Shown here one piece after another: positions 49,127 to 61,134 of a DNA stretch of 64,000 nucleotides. The notes beneath the pieces were generated by a model. That model saw only the letters and a list, made by a program, of their open reading frames with translations, was not told the origin of the DNA and searched no databases. Where the stretch lies: positions 620,001 to 684,000 of the forward strand of contig NW_027117350.1 in NCBI RefSeq assembly GCF_038025025.1. The letters run 5' to 3'. The first letter of the stretch is position 1. Each line of letters opens with the position of its first letter. The DNA is from Phyllosticta citribraziliensis. Its lineage: Eukaryota. A program made the translations under genes and the position numbers.

Positions 49127-49415
49127 GGCGCAGCGAGAGTCGACGGCGGAGTCCAGTAGGAACGGAAACAGGGACCTGGACTGGGTTTGGTTTGGGGCTT
49201 GGAACAGAATTGGACCGAGCGCCGAATGCCGCGTGGGTCGGTGCGGCCAACGGCAGATGCCATCATCGCGCCGCCCAACTCCAACTCCAAGTCCACATCA
49301 TCAAACGCTTTTCCTGCAACACCCTCGCCACCTCTCCTGCCGCTGCCCCTTCCATGACGACCTAGCCGCCTTCGCCCTCCCCCCACTCCGCGTATCGCCG
49401 CCGAAGCCGTCTGCC

Positions 49416-51053
49416 ATGGCCTCTCTGCCTCACCACCCCGCCTCTCAGCGGCGATCGTCGCACCGCGAACCGGGCTCCTCATCCGACGCCACTGTGCCAC
49501 CAGCCGATCATGAAGCCTTCTCGACCACCTCTGTTGACTCCGATACCATCCTCTTCAATAGCGCGCGGCAGCTTCCTAGACAAGAAGCTTCGTCCCCCCA
49601 AGCCCAGGCAGCTTCGGCAGCGCCCCGCCAGCCAGCCGCCGACGACGAGGACCTACGGAGATGCTGGATATGCTTCAATGACGAGAATGAAGATGGACCC
49701 GGATCTTCTGCCTGGAGAAGTCCCTGTCCTTGCGCCCTGGTCGCCCACGAGGATTGTCTGCTCGACTGGGTTGCAAGCCAAGAGGCTCCGAATGCACGAC
49801 GACAGGCTGGGTCGGGGAGCAAGATTACCTGTCCCCAGTGCAAGAGCGAGATTCACCTCAAGAGGCCCCGAAGCTTGGTGGTGGAGGGAGTGAGGGGGGT
49901 GGAAAAGTTCGCAGGATACTTTGTTCTTCCTGGCACGGTGGGCGTACTGGGCTACACAGTCTTTCAAGCATGCTTCATGCACGGCGTGAGTACGGTTTAC
50001 GCTGTCTTTGGATTAAGAGATGGCATTCGGATCCTCCAGCCGCTATACCGGAACCCTCTTTGGGATCGCAGGGACCACGAATCGGTGGCCTTGACGGCCA
50101 TGTCTCGCTTTCTCCAACACGCGCGGCTGCATTTTGGCCTGGCGAGTATCCCTCCTATTCTCATCGCTTCGCGTCTGTCAATCGCCGACTCTATTCTCCC
50201 TATCCTGCCCGTTATTTTCCTAGCATCATCGGGACCAGAGGACCTCCTGGATTTCCGCACCGGGAGCTGGCCCCCAAGCGCCTCTCTCTGCTTTTCTCTT
50301 CTCCCATATATCCGCGCCGCTTACAACAAGTACATGGAAAAGGTCTGGGGCAAGAAGCAGCGCCAATGGCTTAAGGAAATCCAGCCACGCGCGGGCGAGA
50401 CGGACGATGCGCAGGCCACCGATGATCTGCATGACAATGACAACCTTCATGGCCAAGACGACGGCATGCTTGGCCTTGACCTCGATGTGCGCATTGATCT
50501 CGTTGACGAGGATGACGCGGACGAGCATTTCCACGACGATTTCCACGTCCTTCCAGGCGAGCCCGTCGACCTCAATGCTGCTCATCCCTTTGATGCCCCG
50601 CCTCTCGCCGACAACGATCCCGCCGCACATGCGGCCGCCCAGCCCGGTCAAGTTCCCGGCCACGATGCGCCGCCGCCGCAGCAAGAACAACAGCCAAACG
50701 CACAACCACGCCCCCGGGCGCGTCCAGCCCGCGAGCGCAACCTCATCTGGCAAGGCACCAATCTCGCCGACACCGTCCTCGGCGCCCTCGTGTTCCCCTC
50801 CATCGCCGCGGCCGTGGGTGAGCTGTTGCGACTAGGGCTGCCAAAGAGCTGGACGACGCCGCCAAACTACTTCCTCAGCCGCCCGACAGGTCTCATGCAG
50901 CAGCGATGGGCACGCAGCCTGGTGGGCGGGTGTCTGTTCGTCGCTGTCAAGGATGCCGTCATGCTTTATGTGCGCTGGCGCATGGCGCAGAGCCATCGGC
51001 GGAGGAAGGTGCTGGATTACGACAAGAGGAAGGGTAGGGTCGTCGAGGTCTAG
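49416..51053 (+). CDS. RING-variant (RING-CH) membrane E3 ubiquitin ligase, MARCH5-like
   Basis: CWIC...WRSPCPCALVAHEDCLLDW...CPQC, several transmembrane segments and RSLVGGCLFVAVKDA. Confidence 0.9.
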   Translation: MASLPHHPASQRRSSHREPGSSSDATVPPADHEAFSTTSVDSDTILFNSARQLPRQEASSPQAQAASAAPRQPAADDEDLRRCWICFNDENEDGPGSSAWRSPCPCALVAHEDCLLDWVASQEAPNARRQAGSGSKITCPQCKSEIHLKRPRSLVVEGVRGVEKFAGYFVLPGTVGVLGYTVFQACFMHGVSTVYAVFGLRDGIRILQPLYRNPLWDRRDHESVALTAMSRFLQHARLHFGLASIPPILIASRLSIADSILPILPVIFLASSGPEDLLDFRTGSWPPSASLCFSLLPYIRAAYNKYMEKVWGKKQRQWLKEIQPRAGETDDAQATDDLHDNDNLHGQDDGMLGLDLDVRIDLVDEDDADEHFHDDFHVLPGEPVDLNAAHPFDAPPLADNDPAAHAAAQPGQVPGHDAPPPQQEQQPNAQPRPRARPARERNLIWQGTNLADTVLGALVFPSIAAAVGELLRLGLPKSWTTPPNYFLSRPTGLMQQRWARSLVGGCLFVAVKDAVMLYVRWRMAQSHRRRKVLDYDKRKGRVVEV

Positions 51054-51763
51054 GCAGGGCTACCTTATGGAAGCATGGACGTTTTTGATCTGTGGCGTAG
51101 CGGCCGTTGGTCGCTTTAGCGGGAGGTCATTCAATTGGACCCGGCATGTTGGCATGGTGTCCGGTGTTGGGCGCGCAAAGGCGCAATTCCGCCTTGAGTC
51201 TAGGTAGTCCCGTGACAATGGCACTCTTCGGGGTCTCAAGTATACTGGAATCGGTATGGCTGTGATGTCTGCCGGGGGTTGTGCAGGCATGTCCTCAAGC
51301 CGACCCAACAGAGTATCGAATCTATGAAGAAAAGCTCAGTTCTCTCAGATTGAATGAATCCATTGTGACCGGCACCACAGCTCTGACAGGTCGCTGGGGC
51401 TTGCGTGCGCTTCCGGCCTACGTATGTAGGTAAGGTAAGGTAGGTGTCGCACCCGCTGCACTCCTCCTGCAGACAGCGGTGGAGCAGCTGCGACATCATG
51501 CGAGTGAGCATCCCACCGTGTTCAATGTTGCCATGCACATGCAACGCTACACTTCACCACGAATGAGACGTCCACCCATCACGCCGTGCAGATAAATAAA
51601 CAACTGAAGCACAGATACCATTCAAAACGACAGCACTATTTCCCTCCCGCAATCCTAAACAGAAAAAGAAAAATGCTTCAACAGACTCCATGGGTATTGC
51701 CATCCCGTCCCAAACGCCGTCCCATGACATGACATGCTACGCTGAAAAGGAGCCGCCAGGCCG

Positions 51764-52751
51764 TCATTTGGGGAAGATGGTCTGCGGCGGACTGCTGATG
51801 CTGTGGCAGTGGCAGCCGAGATCGCGGCAACCAGTCGGACGCGAGGGGTCGTACTTGGGGTAGCCCAAGTCCTCGTCGCTGTCCGTCTCGTCGCCGACGT
51901 CCTCGATTACTTCGGCGGTTGCAAGACTCTTGACTTCGACTTTTGCGAAATCGTCGCCCTTTTCCTCCTCCGCGCCGCCGCCGCCAAAGGCCTTTCTGAA
52001 GCCTCCCTTGGCCGGCACAGGCGGCGTGGGAGCGTCAATGGTCGCTTGTTGCTGCTGCGGTTGCTGTTGCTCATCAACGGCGGGGGCAGACGCCTTGCCA
52101 AAGGCGCTCTTGAAGCCGCCCTTTTTGAAGCCGCCCTTCTTGCTGGGCGGCAGGTCCAGCTTGACGGGGTCCATGGAGATGAGGCCGGCTTCCTCGTCGG
52201 CCTTGCGCTCGGCGCGGCGCGCCTTTTCGGCGGCCTGCGGGTTCTTGGACATTTCCTTCATGTCTTTGAGGCGCTGTTTTGACCGCGTTAGGAGCGTGAA
52301 GGAGACAACAGAGGGTGGTGGCGGCGACGAGTTTGCCATGGGGTGAAAAGTGAAGATGAAATACGGAAAATGGAAAGCTGAGAAGAAGGTGGTGGGGTTC
52401 ATGGTCTTTCCTTCTTGTGCTGGTGGTCGTATGAGGATATGTGTGCTTCAAACTCATTGTGACGCTTGTAGCCCTTGTTGCACAACTCGCCTGTTGCCGT
52501 GAGTTAGTTCTGGATGCTTCGAGTTGCTGAGCAGCAGAGTTTGGACATACAAAAGAAGTTCTTAGCGGCTTCGCGAGCGCTGTCGGTCTGGTTGACATGC
52601 GTCAGTCTCAAAGTTCCAGATATGCTGCTTGGAGGACATAGGACCACGGCGGAGCTGCTTACCAGAGGAGCAGGATTGGTAAAGGCGCGCTGAGACCAAT
52701 TAGCATTCTGCGTGGTAAGGGGCAAATGGGAAATGCACTGACTGGAGGCAT
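51764..52751 (-). CDS. C2H2 zinc-finger protein of the GPATCH8/ZNF804 finger type; exons 52751-52743, 52689-52663, 52587-52551, 52490-52411, 52273-51764
   Basis: Spliced product MPP|RAFTNPAPL|TDSAREAAKNFF|CELCNKGYKRHNEFEAHISSYDHQHKK|RLKDMKEMSK...KKGGFKKGGFKSAF. Introns 1-3 are canonical; intron 4 begins GA. Confidence 0.85.
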
Positions 52752-53031
52752 AGCTGGCCAATTTTGGGCAACGTTTGCGGGGCGTGCTCGAGCTAGTGAC
52801 GAGGATAGACAGGCGGATTGATGATGCGGTGTTGGTTTCTGGATTGGCGGGACGGGACGGCAGCCCAGCCGAATAATGGAAGGATGCCGCGTCTCCGGGC
52901 CGAGAAGCGTCCGTGCGCCCATCGGCCGAGCGCATCAGACGGCGCCCGATTCCGCTGACATCAAAGGCACCTTATTTCCCCGGATTGATCCTCACCATCT
53001 GCCCTCCCCGTCTTTCTCCACACCTCCCACC

Positions 53032-54202
53032 ATGGGTCCTCCGGCTCCTGATGCCGCCTCCGAAGTCTTCAGTCTGCTCGAACTCGACCCGGCTCCCGTC
53101 GACGACGATTTCCGCTCTACGAGGGCCGATGGTGCCCGCCCATCGTCATCATGGTCCGCCAAAGTCCCCGCGCCCTCGCGCATGAGCTCGCTGGGACTTA
53201 GTGGACACAGTCCTGTCTTTTATTGTGAGTACCTTTGCTTGGTCTCTTTCGTATTTCACAGCTTTTTCCAATCTTTCGTCATGTCCACTTCTTTGGGATT
53301 CTTTGTCAAGTCTGAAGCTCCTCGGGAAGGGAGTTCTTGCAAAAGGAAGACACACGCGACTAGCACAATTGCCCTACCAGGATTTCATGAGCAATGGACG
53401 GACTTCAAATGCCAACCCTATCACTTTCTCCAGCTAGCATATATTGACCATGCCCCCAGTAACACGCATCCAAAAATACTCATCCTACGCTTTTACCCTC
53501 TTCGCCGCCGCCCACATAACCAACACCTCGCTCATCCCGCTGACGACGCGGTCCCTCCCTGCCTCCGACACCTACCTCCTCCTGACGCGGCCCTACTACC
53601 AAGACTTCCCCTTCGAGCAACTCCTCGTCATCGCGCCGCTGGCCCTGCACATCCTCTCGGGCCTCGCGCTGCGGCTGTACCGGCGCCGGCAAACGGTGCG
53701 GCGCTACGCGGGCGAAGCGTCGACGCGGTCAGAGCGGCGCCGCGTGCCCTGGCCGGCCGTGAGCGGCACGTCGGCGCTCGGCTTCGCCAGCACGGCGCTG
53801 GTGGGCGGGCACGCGCTCGTCAACCGCGGCGTGCCGCTGCTGGTCGAGGGCAGCAGCGCGGGCATCGGGCTCGAGTACGTCAGCCACGGCTTCGCGCGGC
53901 ACCCCGTGCTGTCGTTTGTCGGGTTCGGCGCCCTCGTCTCCGTCGCCGTCTGGCACGGCGTGTGGGGCGCTGCCAAGTGGAACGGGTGGACGCCCGCGCA
54001 GCTCGTGCGCCCCGGCTACGAGGGCGAGATCAGGCGCAAGCGCAGGTGGTATGTCATCAATGGCATAGCGGCGGCGCTCGCGGGCCTGTGGATGGCGGGT
54101 GGGTTGGGCGTGGTTGGGCAGGGCGGAGCGGCGACGGGGTGGGTTGCGAGAGACTATGACAACCTGTTCAAGAGCATACCACTCGTGGGGCAGTGGCTGT
54201 AA
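53032..54202 (+). CDS. MCP1: Mitochondrial outer-membrane adapter Mcp1 / DUF1691 protein; exons 53032-53224, 53460-54202
   Basis: LTRIQKYSSYAFTLFAAAHITNTSLIP...LLLTRPYYQ...HILSG...HALVNR...YVSHGF...WHGVWG; multi-pass membrane protein. Confidence 0.82.
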
Positions 54203-55895
54203 AGACTGAAGGTTATGGCCATGACGTGGGGACGACAAAGAGTAAAGAAGAGAGAAGAGCTTATATTTGTTCAAAGAACGGCCGGGCGTGCTTTTCCCAT
54301 GGCATCGACGGCGTGGCGGGATTGCTTGCTTGCTTGCTTGACGACCGAAAGACAGAAGACACGCGGTGGATATGTGTGTCTCTCACGCACCACCCCATCC
54401 ACCTACTGTACCCTCTCAGACGACTAGACCTCATTCAACCCACAAACGACGCTCAATTATACAGACCACGACGGCAACGACGGTAGATGAAATCAAGAGA
54501 CATGACTGCCCCCACTCCCGCTCGCACACTGACAGGTGGACATCGAGCCTCGGGAGAGTCGTCGTCGCCGCCGAGAACGAGCAGCAGATGACTGCACTGC
54601 CAGGCGGACGGAGACGGGGCGCGGCGACGAGTAAGAGAAACAGGGCTAGTTGGTCGGTAGGAAGAGCATCAGCACCAGCAGCATCATCACCATGCCACGA
54701 CGAAGTGGCAATTCAACGCCGGCCTGTCAGCCAGTCTCTCTGTTCGTCAGTCTTTGTGCGTGTTGCCAGTCAGTCATCCACCCAACGAGCCAAGTGCGCC
54801 AGCGAGGAGGCGAGCGAGAGTCAGATGGGTGCAAGACAGAGAAGGCGGACAAGATGGCCAACAGGGGAAGCAGGAGAGGAGGAGATTGCTACAAGTGCCG
54901 GGCAGCGCAAACGATGCGTGATCAGATGAAGAGGCAGAAGAGCGGAGGGACTCGGCGCAGTCAGTGGAGGAGAGGCGTGAACAGCCAGCGTACAGCAGCA
55001 CCGCGCAGCGATGACCTACGCGCAGGCACAGAGGTCGGACAAAGGGGAGAGGGGAGAGAGGAGGACATGGATGCATACGAACCGAGTCACGTCGATGAGA
55101 GACCACCTGATAGAGTGAACGTGGACGGTAGTAGTGGTAGACGAGCAGAAGGATCAATCATTGCATTGCATTGCCTCGAAGGAAAAACCGACCCCATGAA
55201 CCCAACCCAACCCAACCCAACCCACCAGCTCCTACCAGCCAGCCAGTCCAGTGCTAATCGGAATGTTGCAAAAGAACCACGAAGAGATACAAGAGCATGT
55301 AGCAGATACAGACAAAGGAAAAACTGAACAACACCCAGTCTGACTACCCCCACCACCACCACCACCAGAGAGAGAACAAACAGCAAAACAGGAAAGAAAG
55401 AAAAAACAGGAGCAGAGCCAGCAGTTGTGGTGTGGAACAAGGCCAGCCGTGGGCACCTGGCTTCATTCCTTTTTTCCTCGTTGCAACACCCCCCCTAAAG
55501 CATGAGAAGGGGTGCGTCGAGGTAGTATGGTAGCTAAGCTAGCTCATGGCATGTCTGCGCAAAGTCTCTGAAAGCCCATCACCCCCATTGCCCGCATTCA
55601 TAGCATTAAAACTCATCATTGGCCTTTCGAAAAAGAAGATGGACCGCGCGCCCGGTCGTCCACACGCACACGGAGGCAAGCAAAGCCAGCCAGCACCTCC
55701 GGACACCCGCCTTGCAAAAGCAAAGGAAAGGACTGCAGATACCGAGTATTGTTTGGTTGTCGTGCGACGACTAGAATGACCCGTGTTCGATGGTCGAGGC
55801 GCCCCAGCAGCAGGAAGCACGAGCATGTTCAGCGGCTGGATCAAGGGACAGGAACAGGATCATTGAAGGAGCGTGCGAGGGAGCCGCGGAGTTGC

Positions 55896-56409
55896 TTACT
55901 CCGAAGCCTCGTCCTCATCATCGGCGCCCTTCTGCAGGTTAGCCAAAAACATTAGGACGTGTTCGCAAGCCAAAGAGGGGAGAGTCAATCCGTTTCAAGG
56001 GCACTCACAGCGGCGTACGCAGCCTTCTCGTCTTCGTAGCGCTTCTTGTCGTTGGCAGCCTTGGCCTCGTAGGGGGCACGCTGCTTCTCGCTGAGGGCCT
56101 TCCACTTCTCGCCCAGGAGCTTGCCAACCTCGCCTGCGTCGACGCGTTAGCAACGGGGAGTCGTCTGATGGTGAGATGGGAACGACGTACCGAACTTGAT
56201 GCCGGGGTTGTCCTCGCGGACCTTCTCACGCTGGTCGTTGGCGAAGAACATGTACGCAGACAGACCACGCTTGGGCGCGTTGGGGTCTGGAGGCATGTTG
56301 TTAGCTGGGGTTGGACGCGCGATGGACAGTGGTGCTTACCCTTCTTCTTCTTGCCGCCGTCGGCCTTGGTAGCCTTGGCCTTGCGGGGCGCGGACTTTTC
56401 CTTGGGCAT
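55896..56409 (-). CDS. NHP6: Non-histone HMG-box chromatin protein Nhp6; four coding exons
   Basis: Spliced [108 protein letters not shown]. Confidence 0.96.
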
Positions 56410-56434
56410 GGTTGCGAGTGTGTAGTGAGGAGAT

Positions 56435-57008
56435 CTGGAGGGCGAATGTTAGAGAGGTTGCTGGTAGCGAGGCGCGCAGTAGCAGCGGACAGGGTGTCAG
56501 AGGACGAGAAATGGTCGCGCAACGCAACGGGCAAACCAAATGGAGTGCAAAGTGAGATGGGGGGTCGATGAGGGTATGCGACCGACTTGACACAATGCGC
56601 GGCGAGGAAAAGGGTGGTGTTCAGTGTAAGGGGGGTTGTTGACGTTGTTGACGTTGTTGACGTTGGCGAAGGGCAGAGGGTTGCAGGCGCGGTCGCAAAG
56701 CACAACAACAGGAAACAAGGAGCGGTGGCGAGGAGAGGGGCTGTTCAGGACTTACTTGACGGAATTCAATTGAATCAAAGAGACTGAGAGAGGACTGGCC
56801 AGAAAGGCTGGGGTTAGCTGTTTGCCGGAGTGGATGAGAGAGTTGATGGAGCTGTGGATGGACGATGGTGGAGGGCGAAGTTGGTGAAAAGCAGGCAAAA
56901 GAGGGCAGAGGGAGGCAGGTGTCGCGTGGAGAAGCGAAAAAAACGCGTGAGTAGTTGTGGTTGTGGGTGATGGAGGTAGGGGGAGCGAGAGGGCAGCTGG
57001 ATACTTAC
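56435..57008 (-). other. Two putative 5'-UTR introns of NHP6 (57008-56808, 56755-56435)
   Basis: Both have GTAAGT donors, CTAAC branch points and CAG acceptors. The last acceptor lies 25 nt before the ATG. Confidence 0.7.
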
Positions 57009-60000
57009 TCGGGCGTGTGTGCGGTGGTGGGCGGGCGAAGATTTGTGAGAGAGAGCAGAGGGTAGGTGAGCAGCTCTACGAGAGACCAGAGGGTGGGAAC
57101 GGGCGCACGGCTGGTTTTGGGAGCCGGCGGGCCTGCCGTAATCTGGGCCAGCGTCACGTGAGACACTACCTAACCGCGTCACTGCCTTCCGTCCTCTCGC
57201 TGAACTGAAGCAAGCAAGCAAGCGCCGCCGCCCACCGACCGACAGCCAGTGCAGACCAGACCACCACCCACCACCCACCACGGCACCACCACACACACTC
57301 CACTCCACTCCACTCCACTACTCCACCCCACACCAGACTGGAAGCAGCTCATCACAGCCCTCACTCCCTCCCTCACTCACTCTCCGTCGCCTCATCATCT
57401 TCTGCACTTCTACAGTACAGCCCATAATGTCCCTCTCACACCCACCCTGCTCTTGTTTACTCATTTGCCGTTGTTGTGAGCCAAGCATCCCGTCCGCAAC
57501 TGGAATTGGCCCAGGGCTGCCGGCCAAAGCCAAAGAAAGGCAGGGCACGCACACGCAGCAGCCAGGCTAGGGCCGGCCAGTGCCAGCCAGCCCGCCAGCC
57601 CGCCAGCCCGCCAGCCCGCCGCCTGACAAGAGCCAAGGGCAAAGCTGCTCCTCACTGTACGCACGCGTCGACTCGGGCGAAATGCGTCGCTGGTCACACC
57701 TCAGCTGCCAATCCCCTCGGTCCATCGTACCATACCTACATGTACCTCAAAGTGCTGTGCTGTCGACGCGCCCGCAGGCAGGGAACAAGTCCAAACCCAA
57801 ACGCGTTGCTGCTGCCGTCTGTTTACCTAGGTACCTGCTGCCGTGCCTGGATGGATACTTGCTTGGGCTTTGTTTCTGCCTTTGGCTTGCCGCTTACGCG
57901 TTATTTTGGCCCTTCGCTTCTCATCCAGCCGTCTCATCCACTCGCCCTCGCCCTCAACCACAGCAGCTTTCCTTGCTCCAGTCTAACTCCGACCAAGGTC
58001 CGCGTGCCGTGGGGGATTGACCGGATGGATGGTGCGGTACTGCATCACGTGTTTGTCCAAACCCTGCCCTGCCAACCGCATTGCCTTCCTTCATCATTAA
58101 TTCTCAGCCCACTGTATTTTTTCTTCGTCTCTCCACAAGTCGGCAACAGTTTGCTTTGACCTCGTAATGCCTTGTCCTTCTCCTTCAAGCACTTCTCGTT
58201 GCATCACGAGTCAGACGGTGCGTTAAATGACGCGCGCCGTTTCTTTGTCTCGCAGTCCAGTCCTTCCTTCCATTACCCCTCCACCAGCGCCGCAACCGCC
58301 GCACCACCGCACCCACCCAGTCCTGCCTGTCCTTGCAACCGCTCACACACCACCACGGCGCCACATTTGACATGTCCACTCGGGCCCCGTACTGGCTGGC
58401 TGATTTTCTCTGCTCATATGTGCATGTAACATGGTCCAAAAGAGAAGGAAATGCTCTTCCGATTGACCGAGTACTCCCGGATGATTAATGGGGCCCTTCG
58501 CCACGCATTTCAAATGGTGAACGAGCGGAACTTCCACTCGACCAGCTTCCGTTCTCCTCCACCGCCGCCCGCCGCCGCCGCCGCCGCCGCCGCTGCCAAC
58601 CGGCTCCCTGCAGTACCTGCTGCCAATTCGTCCGGATTCCCTTGTCTGCGCTCGCAACGGCTCTCCCACTTCCTTCTTCTCCAGCTCCTCGTCATCACCG
58701 TCAGCACCACTGTCCGAATGCTTCTTGTTGGCTTTCATTTTCTCTCTGTAATTTTTCCACGTGCCTTGAGCGAGCCCTTTTTACCGCGGACGTTGATGCG
58801 CCCGCTTGTACGAATCAGCTCAAGGTCGCCCAAGGGACTGAGATTGCAAGCAGAAATGTGAAGAGACGGAAGACCGTGCCAGGTGGAACTGAACTCGACA
58901 TTCTCTAGTTCCGTCGATTTTTTTTGATTTTTTTTCTTGTCCTTCGCACCGCCAGAATTTTCCGCAGGGGGTAGGTGCATTTACCTAGGTACCGATGCAG
59001 CTCACGGCACACGACGACGACTCCTTGGACAGCGAGCGCCTCCCATCCGGATCATGGGGGATGCCACGAGAAGCGACGCTTTTGGGACTGCGGCTGCGAG
59101 TTGGGCCGGGGGGGAGCTGTCGTTCGTTTGCAGGAAGACCCAGGGCCATCATTTCTGCTTAGACCCACGATGCGGTTGACGACATATCAATCCACCGACC
59201 GACCGACTGACTGACTGACTGACTATCAGAAAGGCCCACGGCTCTGGCCTCTCCTCCTTCCCCTCCCCTCCCCTTTCCTCACGTCTGGTGCCCTCTCCAT
59301 TCAGCCTCAACTTGAGCCTCATTCTTGGCACCAGATCCACTTGCAGCAGCAGCAGCAGTAGCAGCATGTGACGTCCGTGTAGAAACAGAGAAAAGCTACG
59401 CGGACTGCTGATGGATTATTCTACGATGGGTCACGGGGTACCAAAGGCAACCCCTCCAAAGAGGAGTGCCGGGGCGGTATCAAGGCTGGTCTGGGATGGG
59501 ACCATTAGTAAAGCTTGAAAATGTCGCTCTGATCGTGACTGTTATTGCTATTTTTCTCTGGAAACGAATCAATCAAAACACCCAAGCCATGCTACCAGCG
59601 TCCCCACGCATGCACGTAGGAATGACGCCCATGTTACCGCTGCCCCTCCCAACCATGTCTTGTGCTCCAGTGATTTCTGCTCCATCCATCCATCCACCAC
59701 GCTCAGCCCATCCAACGACGGGACGCACGCCAGCTCCCTCAATCATATTCTTCCGCTGCCGTCTCTCCCACCTCCTGTCCATCTTGCACGTGTGACCGAC
59801 GCTATGATGCTTGCATTCCTTCCATTCATTCCATTCCGTTCCATTCCTCCATGTCTCCCGTCGCATGCTGCTGCCACGGGCATTCCGACGACCGTGTACC
59901 CGCCGCGCCGCGCACCCCGCCATCATTCCACTGGTGGCGGCGTCCGTGTCGGCAGTAGCCGTGGGAGCGGCGGCAGCTCGTCCATGCGTCCGTGCATCAT

Positions 60001-60135
60001 GACGCCCAAAACTCCATCATGCGGGTATTACCAAAAAGAAAAAGCAAAAGGGTGACTTCTAACGGAGGGTTTGTTGGTCATTGTTGTTCGAATATGCCGT
60101 CGGACCCTTTGCTGCGCTAGTCATGGTTCCTTGTC

Positions 60136-61134
60136 CTATGCGTTGTCTGCCTGGATAGTCGTCTGAGGCCGTCAGCACATCTATGCCTTGAAGGATCGCC
60201 CGCCTTTTGCGGTGTCCTGCTGGCGGAAACTCACCGTCAGCCAGTCCATGCCTTCGTCGATGCCGCGGCCGTCAATCGCCGAGCACGCGACAATGCTCCA
60301 GTTGCGATCGCGCAGCTCGCCCAGCTTGAGCGCTTCGGAAATCTCGCCTGCGCCCTTAGCGCCCGGCTGGTCCTGCTTGTTGGCGAAGACGAGCAGCGCC
60401 GCGTCGCGCAGCTCCTCTTCCGACAGCATCGCCGCCAGCTCCTCCGACGCCGTGCCTAACCGGTCAATGTCTGTCGAGTCGATGACGAAGATGACGGCCG
60501 CCGTGTTGCTGTAGTAGCAGCGCCAGTACTGCGGGACGCGGTTAGCATCATCGTCGTCGTCCGCAACGGCGACCCTGGCTCGTCGCGATGGGAAAGGAGG
60601 AATGAATGGATGAGTGGGGGCGGAGGAGGCGGGGAAAAGGACGAGTCGAAGTTCACGACAGAACGGGGTTTCGTACCGGACGAATCGATGTCTGGCCTCC
60701 AAGATCCTAGAAGTAGTAACTGACGTCAGCGCAGGTCTGCAAAGCAGCGCAGGGCGGGGGAATAGGCGCAAAACATACCCAGACATTGAGGTTCAAGTTC
60801 TTGTACGTCACGCTCTCTACGTTGAACCCGATGGTTGGTATCGTGGTCACAACTTCGCCGATCTGTGCTCCGGGGCCAGCATCAGCAACCTGGTCCCTGA
60901 GGAATAGACACATCTCTGGCCCGATTCAGGGCCGCTTCTCGGGTGAGCTCTGCTCTCTTCCATACCTTTAACCTGTAAAGTAGAGTTGTCTTGCCCGCAT
61001 TGTCCTAAGCCGTGTGAGCATTGCTGGTTGATTCCATGTCAAGGAAAGATGGTCCGTACGAGCCCCAGGATCAGGATGCGAATCTCCTTCTTGGCCCAGA
61101 CTAGCGATGTCAAGCGCGAAAGCCAGCCGCCCAT
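60136..61134 (-). CDS. ARL1: ADP-ribosylation factor-like GTPase Arl1; six exons
   Basis: MGGWLS myristoylation start, [40 protein letters not shown] and CSA. The last exon encodes TTIQADNA*. Confidence 0.96.

Noticed and set aside
52378..52420. Alternative all-GC/GT splicing route for the zinc-finger gene (GC donor at 52420 to CAG at 52378, then a GTATTT donor)
   Set aside because: It keeps the frame but replaces the conserved QHKK with HFPFS, and the 43-nt intron has no branch-point consensus. The GA-AG model fits better.
34529..56409. Co-occurrence of Pol III-related loci (tRNA, TFC6, NHP6)
   Set aside because: They are spread over 22 kb among unrelated genes, with no evidence of functional clustering.
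57001..57010. ATACTTACTC resembling the U1 snRNA 5' end
   Set aside because: It is the reverse complement of a 5' splice site in the NHP6 leader, and no U1 structure follows.
58343..58738. 131-aa minus-strand ORF with an acidic start and poly-Gly
   Set aside because: It is driven by a GCC microsatellite, with no recognisable domain or supporting splice structure.
58772..58786. GCCCTTTTTACC resembling U5 loop I
   Set aside because: It does not match the invariant GCCTTTTAC and has no closing stem.
54200..59400. Clusters of short tandem repeats (CCAAC, CACTC, GCCAGCCC, CTGA) considered as an array or telomerase-RNA template
   Set aside because: They are simple microsatellites without spacers, and I saw no CTAACCCTAA-type template.
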